From positions 14,032-78,031 of the forward strand of contig CAINVO010000021.1 of NCBI GenBank assembly GCA_903854195.1: DNA of 64,000 nucleotides, given 5' to 3'. The stretch comes from an uncultured bacterium. Lineage in GTDB: Bacteria > Patescibacteriota > Minisyncoccia > Phycocordibacterales > CAINVO01. Below the pieces are notes generated by a model. The model did not search any database. It was not told the origin of the DNA and saw only the letters and a list, made by a program, of their open reading frames with translations. A program made the position numbers and the translations under genes. Positions 28,764 through 38,081 of the stretch are shown here, piece after piece (positions within the stretch are counted from its first letter, which is position 1; each line of letters starts with the position of its first letter).

Positions 28764-29516
28764 ATGGCACAAATAGATTCTAAAAAAAATGAAATAATTA
28801 TTTTTACGGACGGTTCTTCTCGTGGTAATCCCGGTCCTGGTGGCTGGGGTGCTATCGTGGTTTCAGGTGAAAAAATTACAGAAATTGGAGGCTCAGAAGA
28901 AAGGACAACAAACAACCGTATGGAAATGGCGGCTGCAAGTGCAGCTCTGAAAAGTGAAAATTCTTTATCTTCTTGTTATATTGTGTATACAGATTCTTCA
29001 TATTTAATAAATGGAATAACTAAATGGGTAAATGGTTGGCAGAGAAATAATTGGAAGACAAAAGATGGTGGTATGGTTTTGAATAAAGATTTATGGCAGG
29101 AACTCATTTCTTCAGTTGGAGAAAAAAGAGTTGAATGGAAATATATTGGCGGACATAGTGGTATTCATGGTAATGAAAGATGTGATGTCATCGCTACCAC
29201 TTTTGCAGACAGTTTGTCTGGAGGTGAAAAACCTAATCTATTCGTAGGACAAATTTCTAAATACAAAGATGAAATTGGTGTTGATATTTTAAATTTAAAG
29301 CTTGACGAAAAAAAGTCAGAAAGTAAGGCGTCTACGCGCGCAAGGTCTTCAACTAGAGCGTATTCGTATGTTTCTATGGTCAATGGCGTTATCTCTCGAG
29401 ATCGTACATGGGCAGAATGTGAAGCTAAAGTAAAAGGTGTAAAAGGTGCACGATTTAAAAAATCTATAAGTCCAGAAGATGAGTCTTCTATTATAAAAGA
29501 GTGGCAGAATAAATAA
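28764..29516 (+). CDS. rnhA: Ribonuclease HI with a C-terminal hybrid-binding (HBD / Cauli_VI-like) domain
   Basis: N-terminal catalytic domain 'IIIFTDGSSRGNPGPGGWGAIV...TNNRMEMAAA'. C-terminal 'YSYVSMVNGVISRDRTWAECEAKVKGVKGARFKKSISPEDE' matches the HBD consensus (TW.EC...V.G..GA.FKKF.T.EDE). Confidence 0.8.
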   Translation: MAQIDSKKNEIIIFTDGSSRGNPGPGGWGAIVVSGEKITEIGGSEERTTNNRMEMAAASAALKSENSLSSCYIVYTDSSYLINGITKWVNGWQRNNWKTKDGGMVLNKDLWQELISSVGEKRVEWKYIGGHSGIHGNERCDVIATTFADSLSGGEKPNLFVGQISKYKDEIGVDILNLKLDEKKSESKASTRARSSTRAYSYVSMVNGVISRDRTWAECEAKVKGVKGARFKKSISPEDESSIIKEWQNK

Positions 29517-29937
29517 AAAATCAAAAATATCTAGGGTATAAAGGTGTTATTCAGTGTTTGTTGTATTAAAAATAGTCAAAGGGTTCTCGAAGGTATGTTG
29601 TTTTGCAATAATTGATTCACAAGAGAAAAACAGAAATTACTTTGTGAAACACCAAAGTGTCCTGGTTATCAGCACAGGGGATAGGGATTTTTTAATGTAA
29701 CAAGTCTATTCTCTGATAAAAATAAGTATGGTTGCTTTTGTAGAAGATAATGAAACAAAAGAATGTTATTCATGATGCAGTAAAACTAACCCAAATGAAT
29801 ATTAAAATTTTAGCGTGACTAAAAAGATATAGAGCATCTCAAAAAAATAATATTTAAAAATATTTTATAAATTCCTAGTAATGATTTGTTGATAAACTTT
29901 TGATTGAAATATGTCAGTTAAAGTTTAGTTTAAGTAG

Positions 29938-31671
29938 GTGAAATTAAAAATAATTTTCATAGTTAACTTTTTTAAAAAATCACTAATTTTCTATGGATGT
30001 ATCCTATCGTTTTGTTTAGGTATTTTAACTGCCGATATTTATAGAATTTTTTTACTTGAAAAAGTATGGGAAATATTTTTTTTAGGTTTGCTTACGTTAT
30101 TATCCTTTTGTATTTTGTTCTTAATCTTTGCAAAAAATTATTTATGGCGGCACTCAAATAATTTCTCTGGGCGGGTGATAATTATTGCGGTAATTTGGTT
30201 TTATATTTTTGGAGTTGTTGTGTTGCTTTTTAACTTAGACTCAAGGTCTCACTTAATGGATAATTATGTCGGTAAAAAAATAGTACTTACCGGTTGGGTT
30301 TCTGATGATCCAGAAATTAGAGCTCATGCACAGAGATTCCATTTTGAGGTCAGTAATGTAAAAAGTGTTGGAGGGGTTGAAGGTGTAAAATCTAATTCTC
30401 TAGAAAATATTTTTGTAACTGCCCCTTTGTTTCCAAAGGTATCATATAGAGAAAATCTACAGGTGTCTGGCTCTTTGACACGGCCGATGAATTTTTCAAC
30501 GCAAAGTCTTGGCCCAAGTAAAAGTGAAAAAGATAATGTTAAAACTTTTGATTATGTGGAATATCTTTCTGAAAAAGGGGTTGAGTATGTTGTAAGATCT
30601 GGAACGCTATTGGAGTCTACTTCAACTTCAAAAATCAGTTTGATTGCAAAATATTTTACACTCCCTGTTGTAGAAATGTTATTAAAAATTAAATATAATT
30701 TTTTATCAAAAATAAATCAGGTTTTACCAGAGCCGTATAGCTCACTGATGGGCGGATTAATCATTGCTGGTAAGAATTCTTTAGATGCAGATCTTCAGGA
30801 AAAATTTAAAAGAGTGGGAATTATTCACATAGTTGTTTTGTCGGGTCAAAACATAACGATTGTTGCAGATGCGATGATAGTAATTTTTTCTTTCCTGCCA
30901 GTTTTTTGGTCCGCATTTTTTGGAGGTGTCGGTGTAGTTTTATTTACCTTAATGGCAGGGGCTACGCCTACAGTTGTTAGAGCTTCAATTATGGCAATCA
31001 TTGCAGTTATCTCCCGAATGGTTTCTAGAAAATATAATGCAACAAGAGCTCTATATTTAGCAGCACTTATAATGCTAATTTTTAACCCGAGATTATTGTT
31101 GCATGATCCGTCTTTTCAACTTAGTTTTATTGCTACTGCAGGTCTTATACTTTTCTCACCTATTTTTGAGTGTCTATTTAGTTTTGTTCCTGAAAAATAT
31201 TTTTATAAAATTTTGAAAGAACTGTTGGTGGCAACATTTTCTACTCAAATTTTTACACTACCATTTCTTTTGTATAGCATGGGAGGTTTGTCTTTGATTG
31301 CCTTGCCTGTCAATCTCCTTGTTGTACCTCTAGTCCCAATTACAATGTTATTGGGTTTTTTAATGGGACTTTTTTGTTTCTTGAGTAATTATTTGGCAAT
31401 ACCTGTGATTTTTGTTTCATATCTACTTTTAGATCTTGAGCTTTGGATTGTGGATGTCGGTTCTTCGTTTTCTTGGGCATATACAACAATCCACCCATTT
31501 GGTGTTGGGTGGATTGTCCTAGCGTATCTCGTGCTGCTAATTTTTTGTTTGTTTTACTATCTTTATGATTTTTTAGGTTCAGAAACTTTTGCAAATCTCT
31601 CTTCAACAACATCCCCATTGATGTTTGAGAAAAAAGCCTCAAGATATTTTTTCTTTTCAGATGGCGGGTAA
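29938..31671 (+). CDS. comEC: ComEC/Rec2-family DNA-uptake channel protein (DUF4131 + competence domain), without an attached MBL nuclease domain
   Basis: Polytopic membrane protein with the ComEC competence-domain signature region 'RALYLAALIMLIFNPRLLLHDPSFQLSFIATAGLILFSPIF'. Confidence 0.7.
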   Translation: MKLKIIFIVNFFKKSLIFYGCILSFCLGILTADIYRIFLLEKVWEIFFLGLLTLLSFCILFLIFAKNYLWRHSNNFSGRVIIIAVIWFYIFGVVVLLFNLDSRSHLMDNYVGKKIVLTGWVSDDPEIRAHAQRFHFEVSNVKSVGGVEGVKSNSLENIFVTAPLFPKVSYRENLQVSGSLTRPMNFSTQSLGPSKSEKDNVKTFDYVEYLSEKGVEYVVRSGTLLESTSTSKISLIAKYFTLPVVEMLLKIKYNFLSKINQVLPEPYSSLMGGLIIAGKNSLDADLQEKFKRVGIIHIVVLSGQNITIVADAMIVIFSFLPVFWSAFFGGVGVVLFTLMAGATPTVVRASIMAIIAVISRMVSRKYNATRALYLAALIMLIFNPRLLLHDPSFQLSFIATAGLILFSPIFECLFSFVPEKYFYKILKELLVATFSTQIFTLPFLLYSMGGLSLIALPVNLLVVPLVPITMLLGFLMGLFCFLSNYLAIPVIFVSYLLLDLELWIVDVGSSFSWAYTTIHPFGVGWIVLAYLVLLIFCLFYYLYDFLGSETFANLSSTTSPLMFEKKASRYFFFSDGG

Positions 31672-32171
31672 TCTAGCATATATGAATGTTCCCACATGTC
31701 TAAAAGTAATATGGGTGTTAGCCCGGTTAGGTGTCCAAACTGCTGTTCGTCAACCCAAGCATTTAAAAGTGTATCCGTTTTTGAGTCATAATAAAGTATT
31801 GCCCAACCGACACCACGAGTCATTGCTAATGTGTTAAATTCCTTAAACCAAGTATCAAAATTTCCCCAGACCTGGGCAATTTTCTTCGACAAAGGACTTT
31901 CAAGATCAGCTTGTTTCGGTCCTCCTTCAAATTGATCAAAATAATATTCATGGTTTCTCATTCCGTCAAATTCAAAGCCAAAACGTCTGCGAAGTTCGCC
32001 AATTAGATAAACGTTTTTCTCTGTATCTGTACTAAACTCTCCGATTTTTTGGAGAATAAGGTTGCTGTGTTTCACATACCCCGTGTAAAGTTTTAAGTGT
32101 TCCTCTATGTTTTTTGCTGATATACCTTTTAGCTCAGGTATATTAAATTTTTTTTCAATATATGTATGCAT
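31563..32171 (-). CDS. Fe/Mn superoxide dismutase
   Basis: 'DMWEHSYMLDY' (DxWEHxYY-type) and the C-terminal '...NGDVVEERFAKV'. Overlaps the comEC 3' end convergently by ~109 bp. Confidence 0.8.
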   Translation of the reverse strand: MHTYIEKKFNIPELKGISAKNIEEHLKLYTGYVKHSNLILQKIGEFSTDTEKNVYLIGELRRRFGFEFDGMRNHEYYFDQFEGGPKQADLESPLSKKIAQVWGNFDTWFKEFNTLAMTRGVGWAILYYDSKTDTLLNAWVDEQQFGHLTGLTPILLLDMWEHSYMLDYPPSEKKKYLEAFFSNINGDVVEERFAKVSEPKKS

Positions 32172-32186
32172 ATTAATTATTGTTAG

Positions 32187-33110
32187 TTGCCTGATAAATT
32201 AATTTTAAAATTGATTATGGAAAGTATACCACGCACCTTTGATACATTATCATCTAGTAGATTATTTCCTATTGTCAAAAAATGCCTAATTTTATTGGTT
32301 ATTTTCTCATGTACATTTATTATCTATTTCTATTGGGCAGAAGGTCGTATTTCATTTTTAGGTATTTCTGCACGGAAACTTAAGATTTACCCAATTAATT
32401 TTGAAAAAACTAGGGCATTTGTAATATTAACTCCCGCTGGAAAAACTATACTTATAGACGCAGGTGGAGAAGATAGAAAAATCTTAACAAAACTTGGCTC
32501 AATTTTACCTTTTTATAAAAATAAAATAGATCTTTTGATAATTTCAAGTATGGATATTAATACAATCGGAGGGGTTCCGTATGTTCTAGAAAAATATAAT
32601 GTCAAAAACATTATGTTGCCTCTTGAAATGTCGATTGTAGATAGGTTGATTTCAGGTAAGGAACCAATAAAAGGTTATTCAAAAAGTTTCATAGTTGCTT
32701 TGAATGCCCTAGTCGTAGAAATAAGAAAACAAAAGACAAAGGTTGTGGTTGGTAAAAAGGGTATGAGGGTTTTAGTTGGAGTTTCTGTAGACGGTGAGAC
32801 ACAACAAATGCAAAATGTCAGTATTGATGTTTTGTTTCCAGATAGAACATTTTCCGAAATAAGAAGAGAAATCCATGATGGGGTACTTGTTTCTAAATTT
32901 ACATACGGAAAAACTGACTTTGTTTTTTCGGATGGTGTAAGTGGGCCTCTTGGACTATATGTCCAAGGTTTAATAAATTTCAAGGGTGTTGATATTTATA
33001 AAATTGACGATGTGAGAACTCTGAATCAAAGCGTCCTATTTTCAGATTTAGACAAAAATAAAAACCGTCAACTTTATGAAAGTGACGGCTCTATTATTAG
33101 GTTCTTTTAG
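32187..33110 (+). CDS. Membrane-anchored degenerate metallo-beta-lactamase-fold protein (ComEC C-terminal-domain-like, catalytic His motif lost)
   Basis: 'VILTPAGKTILIDAGG...IDLLIISSMDINTIGGVPYVL' aligns to the MBL 'ISHxHxDHxGG' box, but all three His and the Asp are substituted. N-terminal TM helix. Confidence 0.4.
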   Translation: MPDKLILKLIMESIPRTFDTLSSSRLFPIVKKCLILLVIFSCTFIIYFYWAEGRISFLGISARKLKIYPINFEKTRAFVILTPAGKTILIDAGGEDRKILTKLGSILPFYKNKIDLLIISSMDINTIGGVPYVLEKYNVKNIMLPLEMSIVDRLISGKEPIKGYSKSFIVALNALVVEIRKQKTKVVVGKKGMRVLVGVSVDGETQQMQNVSIDVLFPDRTFSEIRREIHDGVLVSKFTYGKTDFVFSDGVSGPLGLYVQGLINFKGVDIYKIDDVRTLNQSVLFSDLDKNKNRQLYESDGSIIRFF

Positions 33111-33117
33111 TTTTGGA

Positions 33118-33360
33118 CTAGATAAGGCCAGCTTTTCTTAGGGTAGCAAAAGCACCATTTTTTTGAATAGTCTTGATAGCTTTTGTTGAAATAGTAAGAG
33201 TGATTGATTTTTTGAGTTCAGGAATATAAATTTTCTTTTTCTGAAGATTTGGGTATTTTCGAACCATGCCAGTAGGGTTATACTGAGTAGCACGAGTACG
33301 GTTTGAGTAACCGCCCCCCATTCGAGATGTTTTTTGATTGATTGGACAAGCTTTTGCCAT
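33118..33360 (-). CDS. rpmB: 50S ribosomal protein L28
   Basis: 'MAKACPINQKTSRMGGGYSNRTRATQYNP' resembles the L28 N-terminus (MAK.C.ICGK....G.NVSHS.RRTKR...PNLQ). Confidence 0.65.
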   Translation of the reverse strand: MAKACPINQKTSRMGGGYSNRTRATQYNPTGMVRKYPNLQKKKIYIPELKKSITLTISTKAIKTIQKNGAFATLRKAGLI

Positions 33361-33487
33361 ATGTTTGGTGTGCTCGCTATGCTATCATAGAGGGGTCGTT
33401 TTGACAATACTTAGTTGATAAATGGCACATAAATGTTTTCAAATGTACATGCAGGTTGGTTTAAAAAATCTTAAAATTTAAATAAAA

Positions 33488-34132
33488 ATGACAATTGCCT
33501 TTATATTTTCTTTAGCGATATTAATTATGTCTGTGGTTGTGCATGAGGTTTCTCATGGTTTGGCTGCAGATGCTCAAGGAGACCCTACAGCTCGTTTGGC
33601 GGGTCGTTTAACCTTAAACCCTATAAAACACCTAGATCCAATAGGGTCTGTCCTCATACCTATTATATGTGCCCTGTTGCCTGGCACCTTTATGATTGGC
33701 TGGGCTAAGCCTGTTCCATTTAATCCATATAATCTAAGAAACCAAAGGTGGGGTGAGGCTATTGTTGCTATTGCCGGACCTCTTTCTAATATTGCCATTG
33801 CAACTATAGCTGGTGTTGTTATCCGGATTGCTCAAACGGGTTCATTTTTTGGGTTAGCTTTTTCTCTATCTCTACCAGCAATTAACTTTCTTTCCTTAAT
33901 TGTGATAACTAACATCGTACTTGCCTTGTTTAACCTCATGCCAATACCCCCTCTTGATGGTTCAAAAATCCTATTTTCTCTTATTCCTAGCCGTTATCCG
34001 GCATTTAGAGTTTTTTTTGAAAAATACTCCTTAGTTGTTTTGCTTCTATTTATTTTTGTCCTGTGGCCGATAGTTTTTAATGTCTTGCCATATATTTACT
34101 TTTTATTTACAGGTCAACCCTTGCATTTTTAG
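33488..34132 (+). CDS. Site-2 protease / peptidase M50 family membrane metalloprotease
   Basis: 'HEVSHGLAA' is the HExxH motif. 'NLMPIPPLDGSKIL' is the LDG motif. Multiple TM helices. Confidence 0.7.
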   Translation: MTIAFIFSLAILIMSVVVHEVSHGLAADAQGDPTARLAGRLTLNPIKHLDPIGSVLIPIICALLPGTFMIGWAKPVPFNPYNLRNQRWGEAIVAIAGPLSNIAIATIAGVVIRIAQTGSFFGLAFSLSLPAINFLSLIVITNIVLALFNLMPIPPLDGSKILFSLIPSRYPAFRVFFEKYSLVVLLLFIFVLWPIVFNVLPYIYFLFTGQPLHF

Positions 34133-34215
34133 CGACCTCATAGTAAAGTAGCCACTACGTAAATAAACACGTAGATGCATTTGTGCATCACGGAAAAAAT
34201 CGAAAAAATAACAAA

Positions 34216-34638
34216 ATGCCAACAGTAAATCAACTTTTAAAGCGCAAACGAACAAAAACACCTAGAAAGTCAAAAGCTATTGCCTTGACTCGTGGTTTTA
34301 ATGCACTTAAAAATCGCCCAACTTACTACCCAGCTCCATTTAAACGAGGTGTTTGTACAAAAGTTACAACAAAGACTCCCAAGAAGCCTAACTCAGCTAT
34401 TCGAAAGATTGCTCGAGTTCGTCTTACAAACGGTCTTGAAGTTACTGCTTACATTCCAGGTGAAGGACACAATCTACAGGAGCACTCAGTGGTAGTTCTA
34501 CGAGGTGGAAAAGTAAAGGATATTGGTGTACGTTATACTATTGTACGAGGTGTGCTTGATACTCAAGGAGTTGAGAAGCGCCGAAAGGTTCGCTCGATGT
34601 ATGGTACAAAGAAGCCTAAAAAAGCTGGTTCTAAATAA
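34216..34638 (+). CDS. rpsL: 30S ribosomal protein S12; start trimmed to 'MPTVNQL'
   Basis: '[14 protein letters not shown]...[10 protein letters not shown]' is canonical S12. Confidence 0.9.
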   Translation: MPTVNQLLKRKRTKTPRKSKAIALTRGFNALKNRPTYYPAPFKRGVCTKVTTKTPKKPNSAIRKIARVRLTNGLEVTAYIPGEGHNLQEHSVVVLRGGKVKDIGVRYTIVRGVLDTQGVEKRRKVRSMYGTKKPKKAGSK

Positions 34639-34665
34639 ATTTAATTAATACAATTTCTCAAAAAC

Positions 34666-35136
34666 ATGCGAAGAAAAGTTAAAAATCGAAATATCGTAAA
34701 ACCTGATCCTGTTTTTCAATCTGAAAAAATTGAGAAGTTTGTTAACTATGTCATGGAAAGAGGAAAGAAAAATGCTGCTAGATCTATTGTTTATGGAGCT
34801 TTTGATGCTATTAAAGAAAAGGAAAAGGTAGAAAACGCTTTAGAAATTTTTGATACTGCTCTTAAAAATACAGCCCCACAAATGGAAGTACGTTCAAGAC
34901 GTGTTGGAGGTGCCAACTATCAGGTTCCTCGCGAAGTTCGTGCTGAACGAAGAAGTTATCTTTCAATGAAATGGATCATTCTTGCAGCACGAGCAAAGAA
35001 AGGCCAACCTATGCATCTTAAACTTGCCGATGAAATTATTCTTGCTTCAAAAAATGAAGGAGAAGCTGTTAAAAAGCGTGAAAATACTCACAAGATGGCG
35101 GATGCAAACAAGGCTTTTGCTCACCTAGCCTGGTAA
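34666..35136 (+). CDS. rpsG: 30S ribosomal protein S7
   Basis: 'MRRKV...[20 protein letters not shown]' is the canonical S7 sequence. Confidence 0.9.
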   Translation: MRRKVKNRNIVKPDPVFQSEKIEKFVNYVMERGKKNAARSIVYGAFDAIKEKEKVENALEIFDTALKNTAPQMEVRSRRVGGANYQVPREVRAERRSYLSMKWIILAARAKKGQPMHLKLADEIILASKNEGEAVKKRENTHKMADANKAFAHLAW

Positions 35137-35144
35137 TTAGTTAG

Positions 35145-35190
35145 AAAAAGACCCTCTTGGCAATTTCTCGCCAAGAGGGTCTTTTTTTGT
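35145..35190 (+). terminator. Rho-independent terminator after rpsG
   Basis: AAAGACCCTCTTGGC-aatttctcg-CCAAGAGGGTCTTTTTTT. Confidence 0.65.
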
Positions 35191-35260
35191 TGAAAGGTTT
35201 GTATTTTCTCTAGTATTGGTATATAAATCTAAATAGATTTTTGGAAAGGAGGTTGTAAAT

Positions 35261-35563
35261 ATGGGGATAAAATCTCACAAATTTAGCGTTAGGAAGGTAA
35301 AGAAAACAAAAAAACAAAAAAGAGCGGAAAAAAGGGTGCATAGAAATAAATATGAACATCTGGTCCCAGTAAGAATTTTTGACTATGATCCAATTGATAA
35401 AAAGTATAGAACCTTGCCGTTACCCTCAAAACCGGGGGAAGTTTATGGAAAAGGTTACATCGTGATCCACCATGGCCGAAGATATAGTCTTCGGTATGAA
35501 GTTACCATTCCGAAAAATGGGATTGCTAACGGGGATTTTATACTCGTCGGCAGTGTTAAATAG
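35261..35563 (+). CDS. Hypothetical small basic protein (100 aa) inserted between rpsG and fusA
   Basis: Strong SD (GGAAAGGAGG, 8 nt upstream). Terminators on both sides. Lys/Arg-rich N-terminus 'VRKVKKTKKQKRAEKRVHRNK'. No known family recognised. Confidence 0.45.
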   Translation: MGIKSHKFSVRKVKKTKKQKRAEKRVHRNKYEHLVPVRIFDYDPIDKKYRTLPLPSKPGEVYGKGYIVIHHGRRYSLRYEVTIPKNGIANGDFILVGSVK

Positions 35564-35587
35564 TATTAAAAAATAGATTTACTTTTT

Positions 35588-35631
35588 TAAAGCCAGACCA
35601 CTCAAAAAACATTTGAAGGGTCTGGCTTTTA
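35588..35631 (+). terminator. Rho-independent terminator after the small 35261..35563 gene
   Basis: AAAGCCAGACC-actcaaaaaacatttgaag-GGTCTGGCTTTT. Confidence 0.6.
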
Positions 35632-35722
35632 TTCTTAAATAATGCTATTTTACGAAGACGACTTTCAACTATTATACAAGTTGGTACTAGAGTCGGTTAT
35701 TTTATTTATAAAACAATATTTT

Positions 35723-37864
35723 ATGGAAAGAGATTATTCACTCGAAAAAACACGTAACTTCGGTATCATTGCGCACATCGATGCTGGTAAAACAACTACA
35801 TCTGAGCGTATTCTTTATTATACTGGTATGAGTCATAAGATTGGTGAGGTTCACGAGGGTGAAGCTACAACTGACTGGATGGAACAAGAAAAAGAGCGAG
35901 GTATTACTATTACTGCCGCTGCCATTACTTGTTTTTGGAACCCATCATATATGGGCAAGGATCAATCACTAAAACATCGTTTTAATATTATTGATACACC
36001 TGGGCACGTAGATTTTACTGTAGAGGTGGAACGATCTCTTAAGGTGCTTGATGGAGGAGTTGTTGTTTTTGACGGTGTGGCCGGAGTAGAACCACAATCA
36101 GAGACAGTTTGGAGACAGGCAGATAAATATAACGTACCACGTGTTTGTTTCATAAATAAATTAGACCGAACAGGAGGCTCATTTGAGCGTTCTTATCAAT
36201 CAATTTTGGATCGTTTAAATAAAAATGCTGTCCGCATGCAGATTCCAATTGGAGAAGAAGAAAAATTTGAGGCTGTTATTGATCTTATGAAGATGAAAGC
36301 ATATTACTTCGAAGGTGATATGGGAATTAACGTTCGTGAAGATGAAATTCCAGAAGCTTATTTGGCTGATGCAAAAAAATATCGTGCAGAGCTTGTAGAG
36401 CGTATTGTAGAAAATGATGACGGTCTTATGTCAGCATATCTTGAAGGTAAGGAAATTTCTATTTCTGCTCTAAAAGAAACTCTCCGAAAGGCAACTATTG
36501 CAAATAAAATTTTCCCAGTGTTTACAGGTTCTGCTTTGAAAAACAGAGGAGTCCAACTTGTGCTTGATGCCGTTGTTGATTATCTACCATCACCACTAGA
36601 TGTTCCTCCAGTAAAAGGAACTGATCCAGCGAATGGTGAAGAAATTTTGAGACATGCATCTGACACTGAACCTTTTTCTGCTCTTGCTTTCAAGCTTCAG
36701 TCAGATCCGTTTGTAGGTCAGCTTACTTTCTTCCGCGTTTATTCAGGTACAGTAGAAGCTGGTTCTTATCTTTACAACTCAACAACAGGAAATAAGGAGC
36801 GCCTTGGACGTATTGTTAGACTTCAAGCAGATAAACGTGAAGAAGTTAAAAAAGTTTACGCTGGAGAAATTGCAGCAGCTGTAGGTCTTAAAGAAGCAAA
36901 AACATCTCACACTTTTTGTGATGAAAATAATCCAATTGTTCTTGACCCTATTAAGTTCGCAGAGCCAGTTGTGTCATTGCGTATTGAACCAAAGACAAAG
37001 GCTGATCAAGAGAAGATGGGTATGGCTTTGAAAAAACTTGGAGATGAGGATCCAACTTTCCGTATTTCTACAAACCCTGAAACTATGGAGACTATTATTT
37101 CAGGAATGGGGGAGCTTCACCTAGAAATCATGGTTGATCGTATGAAACGTGAATTCGGAGTTGAGGCAAATGTTGGTAAGCCTCAGGTTGCATATCGAGA
37201 AACAATTCTCGGCACAGCAGAAGCTGAACATAAATATATTAAACAGTCTGGAGGTAAAGGTCAGTATGGTCACGTTAAGATTACTTTGAAGCCTATGGAA
37301 AAACTTGAAGAAGGCGCAAAGATTCCTAAAAATGTTAAGAGATACGATGACTTTGAATTTATCGATAGTATCAAAGGAGGTGTTATTCCTCAGGAATTTA
37401 TTCCTGCAGTTGAAAAGGGTGTACGTGAAGCTATGGAGCGAGGTATCGTTGCCGGTTTCAAACTTGTAAATGTGTCTTGTGAACTTACATTCGGTTCTTA
37501 TCACGATGTTGACTCATCCGAAATCGCATATAAGATCGCAGGTTCCCAAGCCTTCCAGGAAGGTGCTAAACGAGCAAAACCAGTTATTCTAGAACCTATT
37601 ATGAAAGTAGAAGTTGTAACACCTGAGCAGTTCATGGGAGACATCACTGGTTCTCTTTCTGCAAAACGCGCTCAAATCGAAGGTATGGAAGATCGCGGCA
37701 TGAACAAAGCTATTAAGGCTATGGTTCCATTGTCTGAAATGTTTGGTTATACAACAGCTCTTCGTTCCATGACAGCAGGACGTGGATCAGCAACTATGGA
37801 GTTTGATCACTACGAAGTTGTTCCTCCAAATGTTGAGAAGACTATTGTTGAAACACGTAAGTAA
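35723..37864 (+). CDS. fusA: Elongation factor G; start trimmed to '[25 protein letters not shown]'
   Basis: G-domain motifs ([21 protein letters not shown]) and EF-G domains II-V. Confidence 0.9.
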   Translation: MERDYSLEKTRNFGIIAHIDAGKTTTSERILYYTGMSHKIGEVHEGEATTDWMEQEKERGITITAAAITCFWNPSYMGKDQSLKHRFNIIDTPGHVDFTVEVERSLKVLDGGVVVFDGVAGVEPQSETVWRQADKYNVPRVCFINKLDRTGGSFERSYQSILDRLNKNAVRMQIPIGEEEKFEAVIDLMKMKAYYFEGDMGINVREDEIPEAYLADAKKYRAELVERIVENDDGLMSAYLEGKEISISALKETLRKATIANKIFPVFTGSALKNRGVQLVLDAVVDYLPSPLDVPPVKGTDPANGEEILRHASDTEPFSALAFKLQSDPFVGQLTFFRVYSGTVEAGSYLYNSTTGNKERLGRIVRLQADKREEVKKVYAGEIAAAVGLKEAKTSHTFCDENNPIVLDPIKFAEPVVSLRIEPKTKADQEKMGMALKKLGDEDPTFRISTNPETMETIISGMGELHLEIMVDRMKREFGVEANVGKPQVAYRETILGTAEAEHKYIKQSGGKGQYGHVKITLKPMEKLEEGAKIPKNVKRYDDFEFIDSIKGGVIPQEFIPAVEKGVREAMERGIVAGFKLVNVSCELTFGSYHDVDSSEIAYKIAGSQAFQEGAKRAKPVILEPIMKVEVVTPEQFMGDITGSLSAKRAQIEGMEDRGMNKAIKAMVPLSEMFGYTTALRSMTAGRGSATMEFDHYEVVPPNVEKTIVETRK

Positions 37865-37977
37865 TAAAAATATAAAAACCCTTTCGGTGACACGCATAAA
37901 TCTTTACTAAGATTTTGCTATGCTCGGAGCCAAGCTCCTGTGCAATGTCACCGAAAGGGTTTTTATATTTTTATTAC
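37861..37977. repeat. 32-bp perfect inverted repeat with a 53-bp spacer, overlapping the fusA stop codon
   Basis: 37861-37892 'gtaataaaaatataaaaaccctttcggtgaca' is the exact reverse complement of 37946-37977. Pairing continues imperfectly into the last fusA codons, giving about 44 bp with 2 mismatches. Confidence 0.7.
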
Positions 37978-38014
37978 TTACACGTTTCCCCATTATTATT
38001 AAGATTGGAAATAG

Positions 38015-38056
38015 AAAAAATCGGTCACGCGCTCGCGCGTGACCGATTTTGTTTTT
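38015..38056. terminator. Bidirectional rho-independent terminator between fusA (+) and the 38082..38828 gene (-)
   Basis: aaaaaa-TCGGTCACGCGC-tc-GCGCGTGACCGA-ttttgttttt. Perfect 12-bp GC-rich stem. Confidence 0.7.
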
Positions 38057-38081
38057 GTTGTTTTTCAACAACTTACTTTTG

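Noticed and set aside
33138-33407. 89-aa minus-strand ORF overlapping rpmB in another frame
   Set aside because: The overlapping frame 33118..33360 gives a recognisable L28. This frame has no homology signal.
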